Origin: Hypanus sabinus
Taxonomy: Eukaryota
Length of the DNA: 64,000 bases
Reading direction: 5' to 3'
NCBI RefSeq assembly: GCF_030144855.1
Contig: NW_026781663.1
Span: 124,001-188,000 of the forward strand
Below are positions 23,961 through 36,865 of the stretch, piece after piece (position 1 is the stretch's first letter; each line of letters opens with the position of its first letter). The position numbers were made by a program, and so were the translations under genes. The notes under the pieces were generated by a model. The model saw only the letters and a program-made list of their open reading frames with translations. It was not told the DNA's origin and did not search any database.

Positions 23961-24395
23961 ATTTTGTAAGGCATTTGATACGGTTAACCGTGGTAGGACC
24001 GTTCATAGCGTCAGAAGGTTTGGTATCCAGGGAGAGTTGGCTGGTGGATTCAGGACTGACGCCCACAGAAAACAGACTGTAGTTGTGGATGTAAGACTTT
24101 CTCCCTGGATGTCGGTGACCAGCGGAACCATGCACTGGTCGGTTTCAGACCCCCGGCTTTGGTGTTTTTATGTATGATTTGGATGAGGAGGTGGAAGGGT
24201 GGGTTATTGTACTTACAATGATGTGGATGATGGTGGAATTATGGATAGTATAGAGGATTGTCACAGGTTACAACAGGACAGTGACAGGACGCAGAGCATC
24301 GCTGGGAAGTTACAGATGGAGTTCAACCCGACAGGTACGAAGTGATTCTCTTTGGGAGAATGGATTTGAAGGCAGAGGTATTACTTGCTCGTGTC

Positions 24396-24800
24396 AACCG
24401 AGGGCCGCAAATTAGTACAAGTTCAACAATGGAAACAGAGTGGTGAGACTTTCCCCAATAAGCCGAGGGCCACACATTAGTACGAGTTCCACAATGGAAA
24501 CAGAGTGGTGAGACTTTCTCCAATAAGCCGAGGGCCGCACATTAGTACGAGTTCCACAATGGAAACAGAGTGGTGAGACTTTCTCCAATAAGCCGAGGGC
24601 CGCACATTAGTACGAGTTCCACAATGGAAACAGAGTGGTGAGACTTCCTCCAATAAGCCGAGGGCCGCACATTAGTACGAGTTCCACAATGGAAACAGAG
24701 TGGTCAGACTTTCTCCAATAAGCCGAGGGCCGCACATTAGTACGTGTTCCACAATGGAAACAGAGTGGTCAGACTTTCCCCAATAAGCCGAGGCCCGCTC
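24396..24800. repeat. 65-bp tandem repeat, ~6 copies
   Basis: agccgagg(g/c)c recurs at 24461, 24526, 24591, 24656, 24721 and 24786. Confidence 0.95.
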
Positions 24801-24904
24801 ATCGGTACGAGAACCACAATCGTCACGGAGCGGTGCACTGCAGGAGCAGGAGGAAGTGTGATTGACAGGTGAGCTTGAACACTTCCGCTGTTCTGCACAT
24901 AATC

Positions 24905-25357
24905 ATAGAGACGATTGTCTTATGGAAACAGTTGAGTGAACTTGGCCTTTTCCCCTTGGAGCGACGGAAGATGAGAGGTGACCTGATAGGCGTGTATAAG
25001 ATGATGAGAGGCATTGATCGTGTGGATAGTCAGAGGATTTTTCCCATGGCTGAAATGGTTGCCAGAGAGGGCACAAGGATTAAGGTGCTTGGGAGTAGGT
25101 ACAGATGAGCTGTCGGGGGTAGGTCTTCCTCGCACGCAGAGAGTGGTGAGTGCGTGGAATGGGCTGCCAGCAACGGTGGTGGTGGCGGATACGATAGGGT
25201 CTTTTAAGAGACTTTTGGATAGGTACATGGCGCTTAGAAAAATAGAGAGCTATGTGTTACGCTAGTAATTGCTTAGGTAGGGACATGTTCGGTACAACTT
25301 TGTGGGCCGAAGGGCCTATATTGTGCTGTAGGTTTTCTATGTTTCTACGTTTGTATG
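24905..25357 (+). mobile_element. Young 5'-truncated CR1 insertion specific to the gene 2 unit
   Basis: LSELGLFPLERRKMRGDLIGVYKMMRGIDRVD and a (TTTCTATG)n tail; absent from the paralogous positions ~10700 and ~23085. Confidence 0.88.
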
Positions 25358-26079
25358 AAAGACAATATATCTGAAATCAAATCAGGAGAAAAACACAACT
25401 TCGTGGCAAATAAATGGCAGCCTGAAAACCTGCGGAATGTTCAGAGATTTTACTTGTTACTTTTGTTCAAACATAAAATGGATGGCGAAATACTGGTAGA
25501 ATTGTAGCTAGTTTGAGAATATCTTTAAAGTTAGACAGACTGCATGGCAGCTCACGGGTGCGGGGTGGTCAAGACATTCACTGGAAGAGGTCAGATTCCT
25601 GCCAAACGCCCCATGCTTGCGCTGGAAAACATTGTTTTTCAAACTGTCCACAGACCTCGCTAATCTCCCGAGGACACGTTTCATTTTTGATCACAGATCT
25701 CTGGAATATCGCTGTGGATCTTCTAAATTGTTTGGAGGAATATAAGTGCAGTGTTATTCTAACATATGTCAGCTGTCATGTCTATTAAATCACTCACACC
25801 GTCCGGAATGACTGGAACGGACGAACGAACGAAAAGAATGAACGAATGTTCCCCTTTAATAAAGAAGTGTTCTCCATTTCACCTGCCAGAACAAAGTACT
25901 TCCTTCAATTTCAGAAGCGAATGTGCTCCGTCAAATGTTAGAAAATAAATCGACTTCAATATGCATGCCGACTTTAAAAGCAACACAGATATAAAAATAT
26001 CCAATTTTAATAGCTAAAGCCAGGTATCATGGAAAATAAGACAGAAAATTCAAATCATACTTTCTTTTAAAGTAAACAG

Positions 26080-26306
26080 ATTGCAATATCCCTTGAGGAG
26101 TTAAATTAATGACAAGGGAACAGTGAGTAAAAATAGTTTAACGTAATTGTTTGTGCAGTTGGGTGTCACTAATGTCCCTGACGTGATAGCCACGCTAATT
26201 GCCTCAGTGGAATTGCTCTCTCCTCAATAAAAGTCTGTTAACCGATCACCAGTCCATCTGAGCAGCTGAAACTTTCCGTAGAATTGAACGCTGCTTCTGA
26301 CGGAAT
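26080..26306 (+). promoter_or_regulatory. Putative proximal promoter/5' UTR of gene 2
   Basis: Paralogous to the gene 1 promoter block, with the same motifs retained. Confidence 0.55.
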
Positions 26307-28221
26307 ATGGGATATGCGGCGATTTACTACATCGCGGCCATTTTCTATCCCACAATTGTAGCGGTTGGTGTCCCCGGTAAGATGCCGGAGCTGGTCACTT
26401 TATGTATGGTGCCGTCGTTTTCCTGTTTTCTGCTGCAGTATTCGTACTGTTACCAAGCACATATGCTACCATCGGTTGAAAAGTGTTTCCTGAACGGAGG
26501 ATTCAGGCATCTAATAGTTTTATTTCCATTTTCCTTTTGTCAATTAAATTATTATTGTTTCATAATTTCACCTCGCTAAGCTTTCTGAAGTGATGCTGGG
26601 CTCTGCTTATCTATGTCCGAGTTTCTATCAGTGCAGAAACTTCGATATTATAACAACGTTATCCGCTCTGTTACTGAGCACAGATGCTACCGTCGGCTGA
26701 AACGTGTTTCTGGAATGGAGGATTCAGTAATCTAATGGTTTTATTTCCATTTTCAGTACTATGATGGCAGTGATTTCTTCTTTTGTCATTTAAGTTGGTG
26801 TCGATATTGTCGTTGTTTTATAATTTCACCTCTCTAGGCTTTCTGAGGTGATGCTGGTCTCTGGTTTTCTAGGTCCGATTCTCTATCACTGCAGAATCTT
26901 CGATCTTATAACAACGTGACAGCTTATTTAAATGACGGTCCAGTCTATTTTCAACACATAGGTCTGTCTCTATGTCCGTAAATGAGATCTCATGATTTAT
27001 ATCTCATTGACTCCACTACAACCAGTCGCTTCAGCTATTTTGGCTCTAATAATGGAAATGGTGTTGTTTACAGGAGCGATCGACTGCTCACCGGTACGTG
27101 AATCGTGGAACTCGGATGCCTCGCTCTAAACTGTGGGAAGGTCGCCAATCCACTGACACTCACATCCGTCATTGTCCTCCAGCCGGAGTGCAGCGACCGA
27201 GACCGCACACACTGGATTCCCGGTTTCCACTTCCAAACAGACCATACCCTGCATAGCATTGGTAGAATGGGGGCATTCAGGGAGCTGACCGTATTTCTAT
27301 TTTGTTTCCAAATTTCTTGCAGTTAACTTAACGGCGATTGTGATCCTTTCTCGGGGAAAATGCGGACTCTCCAAATGCATCACCCGTTACCTGGTTGGAA
27401 TGGTGACAGCGGATCTGATGGTGGTTATCATTGTTGCTTTAGTGGATCAGACCAACAATATCTACATTTATTCCAGATCCCTGCTCATCACTCCGGTCTG
27501 CGCTCTGACACTTATATTTCGGACTGTAACGACGGATTGTTCTGTTTGGTTCACGGTCAGTTTTACCTTCGATCGCTTCATCGCAATATGTTGCCGAAGG
27601 CTGCGGGAGCGATATTGCACCGAGAGAACAGCAACGGTGGTTATCATGACCGTGGTTATAGTGAGCTGCGGGAGATGTGCTCCGGTTTACTTTGCCCTTG
27701 AACCTTACGTCATCATTGACAACATGCCCTGGCGGTGCACCACCACATATGAATACGCTACTTCACACGTGTGGAGAGGATACCAATTACTGGACAGCAT
27801 TTTAACACCATTGATTCCCATCGGCTTAATCCTGGTGTTTAACGGGTTAACCGTAAGACATATCGTTGTGGCAAATAGAGTCCGCAGAAAGCCTCGGCAC
27901 AGCAGCGACAATCAGAAAGATGCCGAGGTGGAAAACCGCAGAAAATCGATTGTTTTGTTGTTTTCTATATCAGCTAATTTCATATTATTTTGGATGCCCT
28001 ATTTAGTCCATTCCTTGAAATGGCAAGTTCAAAACTATTTTTTCGAGGACAGATGCTTGAGTTCCCCGGTGTACATCCTACAGCAATTTGGGTTCATGTT
28101 GCAAGTACTCAGCATGTGCACCAATACTTGTATCTATACACTGACACAGAGGAAATTCAGAGAAGAGCTGAGGAATGGAATGAAGTATGTGTTTACTTTA
28201 AATGGCCATTTGTGTAGATAA
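26307..28221 (+). CDS. GPR139-like class A GPCR, gene 2 (recent paralog of gene 1); join(26307..26376,27323..28221), 322 aa
   Basis: Exon 1 encodes MGYAAIYYIAAIFYPTIVAVGVP plus G, with a GTAAG donor at 26377. The acceptor tttcttgcAG ends at 27322. Exon lengths match gene 1 (70+899). Open frame with 7TM motifs. AATAAA at 28256. Confidence 0.92.
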
Positions 28222-28529
28222 CGCCCGTGTCTAATGGTAAATGGCGGAGGTTTTAAATAAAGCCGTTTTACAATGAACAGGTTTGGCAAATATGTCTTTA
28301 ATTCAAACATTCATATGCCTGGTCTTCCGGGATTTTCAGAATTGGCGGAAGACTGCTGATTTCATACATCTCAGTTAGGTAGCAATGCAAACTCTCAATG
28401 CTTCTGGCGTGATTGTCACTTTGGTTGAAGTTTGTTCCAAACTATCACAGACACTCGACTGTTACAAGGGCAGGGATGGCTTCAGGACTTCTCGGGTTTT
28501 AGATTTTTCAAAATGGAGAGGGTGGGGTA

Positions 28530-30130
28530 ACAAAGTGTAAAGTGAGTGTGACGGGAAACCAGGGATAGTATCGCAGCTGCAGAAAGCGAGGACAACGTGG
28601 AGCGTTCGCTTGTTAATAGACAGTGAGACCAACACAGAAACATGAAGGGAGCGAACACCCTATATGGAGTATTCTGTATAGCTTGTGCAAGAAAAAATTG
28701 CAACGGAAACAATGAGGTACCGATCGGCAAGCAGAATTTGGACATGTGCCATGTTATTGGCATCTCCACCAGGGAAAAGTTTTAGGTATGGCATAATTTC
28801 TCAGTTGTGTCCAGGAAGAACTGTCACTATATGAAGAAAGGCAGACTGGTGAACAGTCCATACCGGATCTAATATTAGAAAAGGGAACGGATCAGGTGAC
28901 TGATCTCTCGGTGGGTTAACATGTCAGAACCATAGGGCAGAACTTCCAACATTGAACTTGCAAAATGTTAGAACCAGGGAGCATGGGATGCATTTAACTG
29001 GGGTTCTGCGAATTATGATGCTAACTGGCAGGAACTTGGGAACGTACATTGGGAATGATGTACTCAGGGAAATGCGCCACAGATATCTGGAAATTCTTTA
29101 GGGAGCACTGACATGGGCTTCAGTATAGGCTTGTCTCAGTCTGGCAGGGAAAGAATGATGGCGTAAAGTAACCCTGAGTGACAAGAAAATTGGAACGAGT
29201 CAAGAGGAAGAAAGAAAGATACTTAAGATTTAGGAAGAAAGGCTCAGGTAGGGACATGGATAGTCACAATGATGACAGGAAAAAAATTAACAATGGTCTT
29301 AGAAGACTTAGAAGAGGATTTGAGAAGTCCTTGGCGAGTTGAACTGTGAAGAGCAGGAGGAGACTGGGGAGAGTGTGGGAAGATCAGAGGTAAAAGAGGA
29401 AAACTTGTGTCTGGAGTCCAAGGAGGCGGTGAAGCTCCTCACTGAATACATTGATCAATATGAACACAGCGTTCAAAGGCAGATATGCTCGAACATGCCG
29501 ACGCTGAGGAAGAGGATGGGCTGGAAACTTGGAAAACATTATGATAGATTATTCTCCGGTGCCGAAAGGGATATAGTCCAGGTAATAGATGATTCCCCTA
29601 TACCGGAAGAGATAATAGTCCAGGTGATTTCGGAACGCGAGAGGAGAGATTACTAAGGTTTTATACAGGATATTTGGGTCTTCACTGGCTACGGAAGTAG
29701 AACTAGAAGTCTGGAGTGTGGCAAATGTTATTCCTTTGTTGACGAAAGATAATAGGGATACTCCGTTGAGTTATAGAACAGGGAGTCTTCCATCAATAAT
29801 AGGTACACTATTGGAAAAAAATATTGTAGACGGAACTTATGAGCGTTTGGAGAAACGTAATCTGGTTAAGGAGATTCAACAAGGGTTTTTGAGGGGAATG
29901 ATGTACTTTATTAGCTAGATTTAATTATTTGTAACAGTGAAAAACAAACAGAAGCATCAGAACAGTCGATGTGGGTGCATTAATTTTGTTCCGGCGTTTC
30001 CTCAGTTCTCCATATTAGACTCATTCAGAAAGTTAGGAACCATGGGATCGAGGGAAACCGGACTGCGTTGATTCAGAATTGTCTTCTTAACAGAAGACAG
30101 ATGATGTAGTAGATAGAGTGAAATCTGGAT
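28530..30130 (+). mobile_element. Degenerate CR1 ORF2
   Basis: W.VANVIPL..K.NRD.P.SYR..SLPSIIG.LLEK..QQGF (CR1 RT). Confidence 0.8.
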
Positions 30131-31759
30131 GGAAGAGAGCGGGCAGCCGTTTTCCTCACCGAGGACCGAAATTTCGGCACACTTTACTACTATATTTGGA
30201 CTCTGCATTTCCGAGAAACAGGGCTGAGGGAAATAACCGATTTAATCTGATCACGCAGCGGCACCTGGATAATTTATAGTATTAGGGCTGATGACGTAAG
30301 CAAATCTCTGAACTGTTGACAGCCACGTTATCTAACCTGACCTGCCATTTACATATTATAGGGCAGATGGTACAATGGCGGCAAAGCAATCTTTTCCAAT
30401 GGATCCCTGCAACTAAAACCAGCATTTCAAAGAGTTCCGCAGCAGCTTTTGCTGCTCAGTAAAATCACCAACCTTCCAGAATGCCAATTCCAAATTCCCA
30501 ATTCAAGTACTCACCAGCTTATCCCAATACTACGTTACTTTTGAATCGTGACTTTATCATATCAGGTGTAGATGTGCTCATATATCGATCTATTGAACCC
30601 TGAATCTGCATGGCCGTTATGAAATCCGTGTCTTCCTCTGAAATCAATAATAAATGAAACATATGGAAGGACAAAAACTGAAATCGCGGCGAGAGCAAAG
30701 CGAATATCCGGGCTCCTTCAATGGATCCTTCAAAACCATTGCAGGCAATTAGAGAATATAGAATAAACAACTTCAAAAGCAAAAGGCCTCAGCAAGTATT
30801 CTAAAGAACTTAGGAGAGTGAGGTATGGAAGGCTGAGGCTCACATACACTAACGCTTCATAGAATTCCGGAAAGATACGCAGAATTTAGCATCAGTTCCT
30901 AGAAATCACTTCCCTGAAGGTGCGCATTTTTTTTTTGTCACATGTATGGTGAAAAAGAAGATGAATTCAATCATCCCCCTACACAAACTAAAGAACACAC
31001 GACTCACATAAAGTCATTTACGGCCGTAATCTTCCGCTCTCTCTTTCAATTGCACTCACTTATGTCCAATCCGAATGCTATAATTTAAATCCGCAATGCA
31101 CTTATATTTGCAAAATATCGCAGAAAATGGCACGCCCTTATTTGTTCAATAGTTAACAACCATCTGTAATAGCAACTATACAACATTTAATAAAGCCTTT
31201 CGACTTCAAGACAAAGAGACGCAGAGAGCAATGTATTGTATTCAATTAATATTCGACACAATTGAAATATGACGTCTCCACAATTCCAAGCATCCAACGA
31301 CTGCCAAGATTTCCCCCCTCCAATTTCTTTAAGGATAGGATTCGGATGAAATGACCCCTTTGTTGTATAGTATAGCATCGGGACGAATGATCCCAATTAC
31401 CACAGCCGAAGCCATAGATTTGTTCACTGTACACGAACCACTGTCACACCCACCTCCAGCCCGGAACTACTGTCTTTACTGAAGGAGTGAAGGTAAATTC
31501 CTGTAGGGTGATACTCCCTTTATCATCTCACATCGGCACTTCCATCTCCTCATGCTGTAACCATCCATTTACTACCTGGTAATTTTACGCAAGTCTCCAT
31601 GCTTCAGTGTGTGCAAGGACAGAGGGATCGAACAGTATCAAGGACTTTCTAGATTGGTCGGTGCTGGAAAACACTAAAGTTGTAACACGGACATGCAGTC
31701 AGTCAGGTATAGGGAACCACTGCACAGAAACAGGGTCTCCAGACCGTCAGGTCTGTGAA

Positions 31760-32960
31760 GAATTATTTACACTGCCTACACCCATCGACTTGCACGCGGA
31801 CCGTGGCCATCCATGTCCCTCTAATCCATGAACTTATCCAATGACCTCTAAAACGTTGAAATCGGAATCTTAATAACTACTTGCGTTGGCAGCACTGTCT
31901 ACACTCTGACAACCCTCTGGCTGAAGAAGTTTCCCCTCATGATTCCCTTAAACATTTCACCTTTCACCCTTCACCCATGATCTCCAATTGTATTCTCGCC
32001 CAACATCGGTGGAAAAAAGCCTGTTTGCATTTACACTCTCTATACGCCTCGTGATGTTGTATACCTCTATCAAATCTCCCCTCAGTCTTCTACCCGATCG
32101 GGAATAAAGTGCCAACATATGTAATCTTTCCTTCTAATACAAATCGTCCAGTCCCGGCAGTAGCCGGTAATTGAGCAAAACCGTACACATTTTTTTTCCC
32201 AATTAGGCCTCAATAAAGTCGTACATAGCATCAACATAACATCCCAACTCCTGTACTCAGTATTTTGCTCTATGAAAGCCAAAGTGCGAAAAGCTGTTTT
32301 CACGACCCTGTCTAACTGTGCCACAACGTTCATTGAATATGAACCTGAATTTCCAGATTCGTTTGTTCTGTCGTACTCCTCAGTGCCCCATTTCTCATTG
32401 TGTCAGACCACCGCTGGCTGGTCCTCCCAAAGTGCAAAATCTAACACTTGTCTGGGTGAAATCCGAATCGCGCTTTGTCAGCCCATTGTTCCATCTGGTC
32501 CCGATCCCGCTTACGACACCATGCTCCGGTACTCTTCCTCGCTGTCAACTACACAGGTAATGCTGCTGTCATCGGCAGTTTGCTGATCCAGTTAACGACA
32601 TCATTATCCAGATCGTTAATATAGATGACAAACAACAAACAACGATGACAGCAACGATCCGTGCGGCACTCGACTCGTCACAGGTCCCCAATCAGAGAGA
32701 CAACCATTTATTACCACACTCTAGTTTCCCCAACGTATCCAATGGGGACTGCAATGTAATAGTTCATCATGGAAGCCAAGCGACTGAACTTTCTCGAGCA
32801 TCCTCCCATACGGATCCTTGAGAAATTCCTTGCTGCAGTCCCTGTAGACGGCATCCACTGCCTTGCCACCACACCATTCCTGGTAGCTACCTCGGAAAAC
32901 TCTGTGAGATTGGTTAGACATGACCTGCTGCGGACTGGCCCATCCTGACTATCGTTAATG
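31760..32960 (-). mobile_element. Degenerate CR1 ORF2 3' half
   Basis: RSCLTNLTEF, AVDAVY.D.SK.F and EYRSWDVMLML..TL.RP. Confidence 0.85.
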
Positions 32961-33801
32961 TTCCTGTTTTTCCGGATACTTCTCTTCATTCCTCATGACC
33001 AGCGTAGTCTGAACACCGAGGACAATTCCTCATTACATAATACTTGGCGAGTCCCTTCCGAGCAAAGCTATCGAGACCATCCAGCGGTCGGTACTGATAT
33101 ATATGGCCTTTTTAATATTTTCCAGAAATTTATTATCCGACGCATTGAGAGTAGTCTGGAAAAGCAAAGCGTCATTGCTCTAATTAATTAACAAGTACTT
33201 AACTATAGCACGATTCGGTACGCTCGATCGAGCACAGAAGATAGAATATTACAACACATTCCGTGTGTTTCAGATAGGCTTTCAACTAATGTAAGTTCGA
33301 TCTAACACAACCCCGCTGCATCTGAATCAGAATCAAAGGTTTCAATGGTAAATTTAAAGAATCAGAACCAGATTTAATATCACAGACATACGTCGTGAAA
33401 TTGTTAACGTTATCGTAGCAGTACAATGAAATACAGGATAAATAAATCTAGAGAAAACAAAACTGAGATACAGCTGGCAGCGGGGAAAAAAGCTGTTCCT
33501 GAATCTCTGAGCCTGAGCTTTCAGGCTTCTGTATCTCCTTCCCGACGGTAACACTGTGTAGAGGGCACGTCCTGTTAGTGGGCAATGATAATGCTGGATG
33601 CCACTGTGACAAGAATCATCCCTTGCAACAATGATCAATGAAATACAGAGAATCTGTATTTAACAACGTATCTTTTATTATTTCTACTAAAAGCACTATC
33701 TTCCTCTGTGCACCGTACTGGAAACCCTGACACTCGATGAGCAGTCAATGAAGTGAAAAGGTATTACCCGGGAAAAGAGTCTACGCTGGCAAGGCATTCC
33801 A

Positions 33802-34165
33802 TAGAAACATAGAAAACATAGAAAATCTACAGCACAATACAGGGCCCTCGGCCCACAAAGTTGTGCCGAACATGTTCCCACCTTAGAAATGGCTAGGCTT
33901 ACCCTATCCCTCTATTTATCTAAGCTGCATGTACCTATCCAAAAGTCTCTTAAAAAGACCCAATCGTATCCGCCTCCACCACTATTGCCGGCAGTTTATT
34001 CAACGCACTCACCACTCTCTGTGTAAAAAAACATCCCCCTGACATCTCCTCTGTACCGACTCCCCAGCACCTTCAACCTGTGTCCTCTTGTGGCAACCAT
34101 TTCAGCCCTGGGAAAAAGCCTCTAAATATCCACACGATCAATGCCTCTCATCATCTTCCTATCCT
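33802..34165 (-). mobile_element. CR1 3' end (same subfamily as 24905-25357)
   Basis: (catagaaa)n tail and the reverse complement of the 25000-25350 sequence. Confidence 0.85.
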
Positions 34166-34257
34166 CATGTTCCCGATCTCCACGTGTCCGTGTGGTCCTA
34201 CTTTTCGGCAATGGTTGGGGTCTGGCCGTTGGAGAGTTATCACCCCTGCATATATGG

Positions 34258-34624
34258 TGTTACGGAATCTTATATTGTTCCTCATCAATTGAACCATTGG
34301 ATCCCCAAACCATTGGCTCAAGGTCACCTGACCTACCTGGGTCACCTGGTTACTGATCATTGTGCAGAGCTACAACCAACATATTGTACCTGGCTCTGCC
34401 CAGCCCAGCCTTGTGTATTCGTATCTTTACACCCTGACTGGTCCAAACCGGTCAAATGAGGCAACCCAGACTGAGTCGAACGAGACTGCAGATTGCTTCT
34501 TTGAAATGTCTGGCATTTTGCATAACGAGTAGCTGCTCCTCTGAGCATGGTCTCAGGTTTATTGTTCTGATTAGATTGTCCCTGAGTCAAGAATCAGTTC
34601 AGAGTCCACGCCCTTCACGTAACA
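34258..34624. mobile_element. Solo LTR (367 bp)
   Basis: Perfect 7-bp inverted ends TGTTACG...CGTAACA; flanking 5-mers TATGG/AATGG. Confidence 0.65.
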
Positions 34625-35371
34625 AATGGCGACTTGTTTGAGAATGGTCTCAGGTTTAGCAGATCATTACCTGAAGCTTCCTGTCTCCACATTCACTTCC
34701 TCTGATTAAATTATTCCAATGCAAGGAACAGTTCATAGTTCACAAAATGGGTGCGGGCGGGGCAGAGAGAACTGGCTTGTCTGCTTCCCCAGTCTTTGAT
34801 CAGTCTGTAGTTTCTACTGTCCAACAGTGTTTTATGAGACATTCAATTTGACTCGACGGTAACTTTCTCGGGTCTGCTGTCGTCTGAATGCACCAGAGTG
34901 GATGATGGAGGCTTTGCAGAGATGCCGAGTGCTGTAGGGGTTGGAACGGTTTTGTTACGTACCCCATAATGGGTTAAAAGAACCAGCAGAAATGGAACAC
35001 ACCAGGAGTCTGGTATTGTTACAAACAAAGCACTACTTATCAGTATCCACGTAATCTCGTAATATAAAACCAGATTAATCAAACAGATTAGCAGAGTTTA
35101 TGCATATATAAGCGTTGAAATATAAAACCCCAAACTTCTGCAGCATAGGTGGTAAATGATACTGTCTTACGATGGTATAGGAATGACGTCAGTTCAGTTC
35201 GTGATATTAAGAGGAGTAGAATTGAGGAGAGAGAGAGAGAGAAGTGATTTGTTTTCCAAGTAAGCTGATGTCGTCGATCTTTCCGTTGCCTTCCGAAGTC
35301 CTGTCAAAGTTTTGTGATCACACAAAAGAGTACCGCCTTCACGCAGTAAAACTATCAAAGTTTAAACACAC

Positions 35372-36865
35372 TGTTAGGTACTCGTGACACATGACAGTGG
35401 TACACTTGTCACGTGACTGGGGTTGATGCTATACTGGACTTGAGGTAATGGTAACTTAACTATTAATTTAGTTAAGGGTGAATTTGGACATGCCACTGTG
35501 ACTTACCTTGGTTATGTTGTGGGTCAACGTAAGGTAGCTACTGTTCAGGCAAAAATTCAGGCAATTTTAGAGATTCCCACTCCAACATGGGAAAAAAAAA
35601 CTCTCAGAAGATTCTTGGGAATGGTAGGATATTATCGAAAATTTTGTAAGAATTTTGCTAATGTTGCCCTTCCATTACCTAACCTTCTGCAGAAGAATGT
35701 GAAGTTTCTTTGGACAGTGCCTTGTCAAGAAGCATTTGAATAATTGAAAATAATGATATGTCAACAACCTGTGCTTAAGGCACCTGACTTTGAAAAATCG
35801 TTTTCATTGGCTGCGGATGATAGTGATGAGGCTGCAGGAGCAGTATTATTGCAAAAGGAATGAGGGTGATGAGGTTGATCATCCAGTAGCTTATTTTTCT
35901 AAGAAATTTAATAAGCATCAATGAAACTATTCGACAATAGAGAAAGAATTGTTATCTCTTGTTTTAGCTTTGGAATATTTTGAGGTATATGTTGGTATAA
36001 CTCAATAACCACTTATTGTAAACACTGATCATAACCTATTAGTTTTTCTGAGTAATATGAAAAACAAAAACAGAAGATTATTAAATCTGAGTTTGATGTT
36101 ACAATAGTACAATATTGTGATAACTCATATTAAAGGTAAAGATAATGTGGTTCCTGATTGTCTATCTCGATGTTGAATGTACAATGCAATTTTATTTATG
36201 GAGTGTTTTTTTTCAATTGTAACACTCCTACTGTATTGTGAGTTATAAGCTGTTATATGATGGTATTTTATATTATATATGTTATAACATTTATGCAATT
36301 GTTTTCTTGTAAGCAATTGTTCAAAATTTTTGTTCTTGTCAGAACAAAAATGTTTTTTTTTGGGAGGGAGGTGTTACGTACTCGTGACATATGACAGTGG
36401 TACCCTTGTCACGTGACTGGGGTTGAAGCTATACTGGACTTGAGGTAATGGTCTCGTGCTGGTGGAGTGACGTCATTTTCCCGCCAGTAGAGATCACGTG
36501 ATAGTTTTTTTTACAGTTTATAAAAGGAAGACCCCACCCTGTGAGGAGGGGCAGTTCGTGACTGGATTTGCGAAGTTGACTTCATGCCACTGCGTGATTT
36601 AATGTGATGACGCAGTTTAGTTGAAAGATGAAGTTTTATCTAATGCCTGAAGTTTAAAAGCTCATTGCCAGCAGTTTACTTACAATACTATTAGTTTGAG
36701 AATCAGTGGAGTGTGAAGTTCGGAGTTCGGGAGTTAAAGATCGAGCAGAATCGATTTACGACGGTGAAACGGGTTCGACCTTATCTAGGAGGAATTCGTT
36801 GACTGTTCTCGTGTTAATCTCTGCGTGATAGCAGAAGATTGAGGACAGTGTGATAAAGGAAAGGT
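35372..36865 (+). mobile_element. Internally deleted Gmr1-like Gypsy LTR retrotransposon
   Basis: An 81-bp LTR start (35372-35452) is repeated at 36372. RT thumb and RNase H (TYLGYVVGQ..RRFLGMVGYYRKF..HPVAYFSKK..HIKGKDNVV.DCLSR) end pol. A polypurine tract GGGAGGGAGG (36362-36371) abuts the TGTTAC start of the 3' LTR. Confidence 0.85.

Noticed and set aside
24396-24800. Regularly spaced repeats resembling a CRISPR array
   Set aside because: The whole 65-bp unit repeats with no unique spacers, there are no cas genes, and the context is eukaryotic.
26377-26579. ORFs 26307-26579 and 45334-45585 as small standalone proteins
   Set aside because: They are exon 1 read through the GTAAG donor into the intron.
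30200-31450. Unique AT-rich stretch with short minus-strand ORFs
   Set aside because: No recognisable domain, splice structure or repeat signature; cannot support a call.
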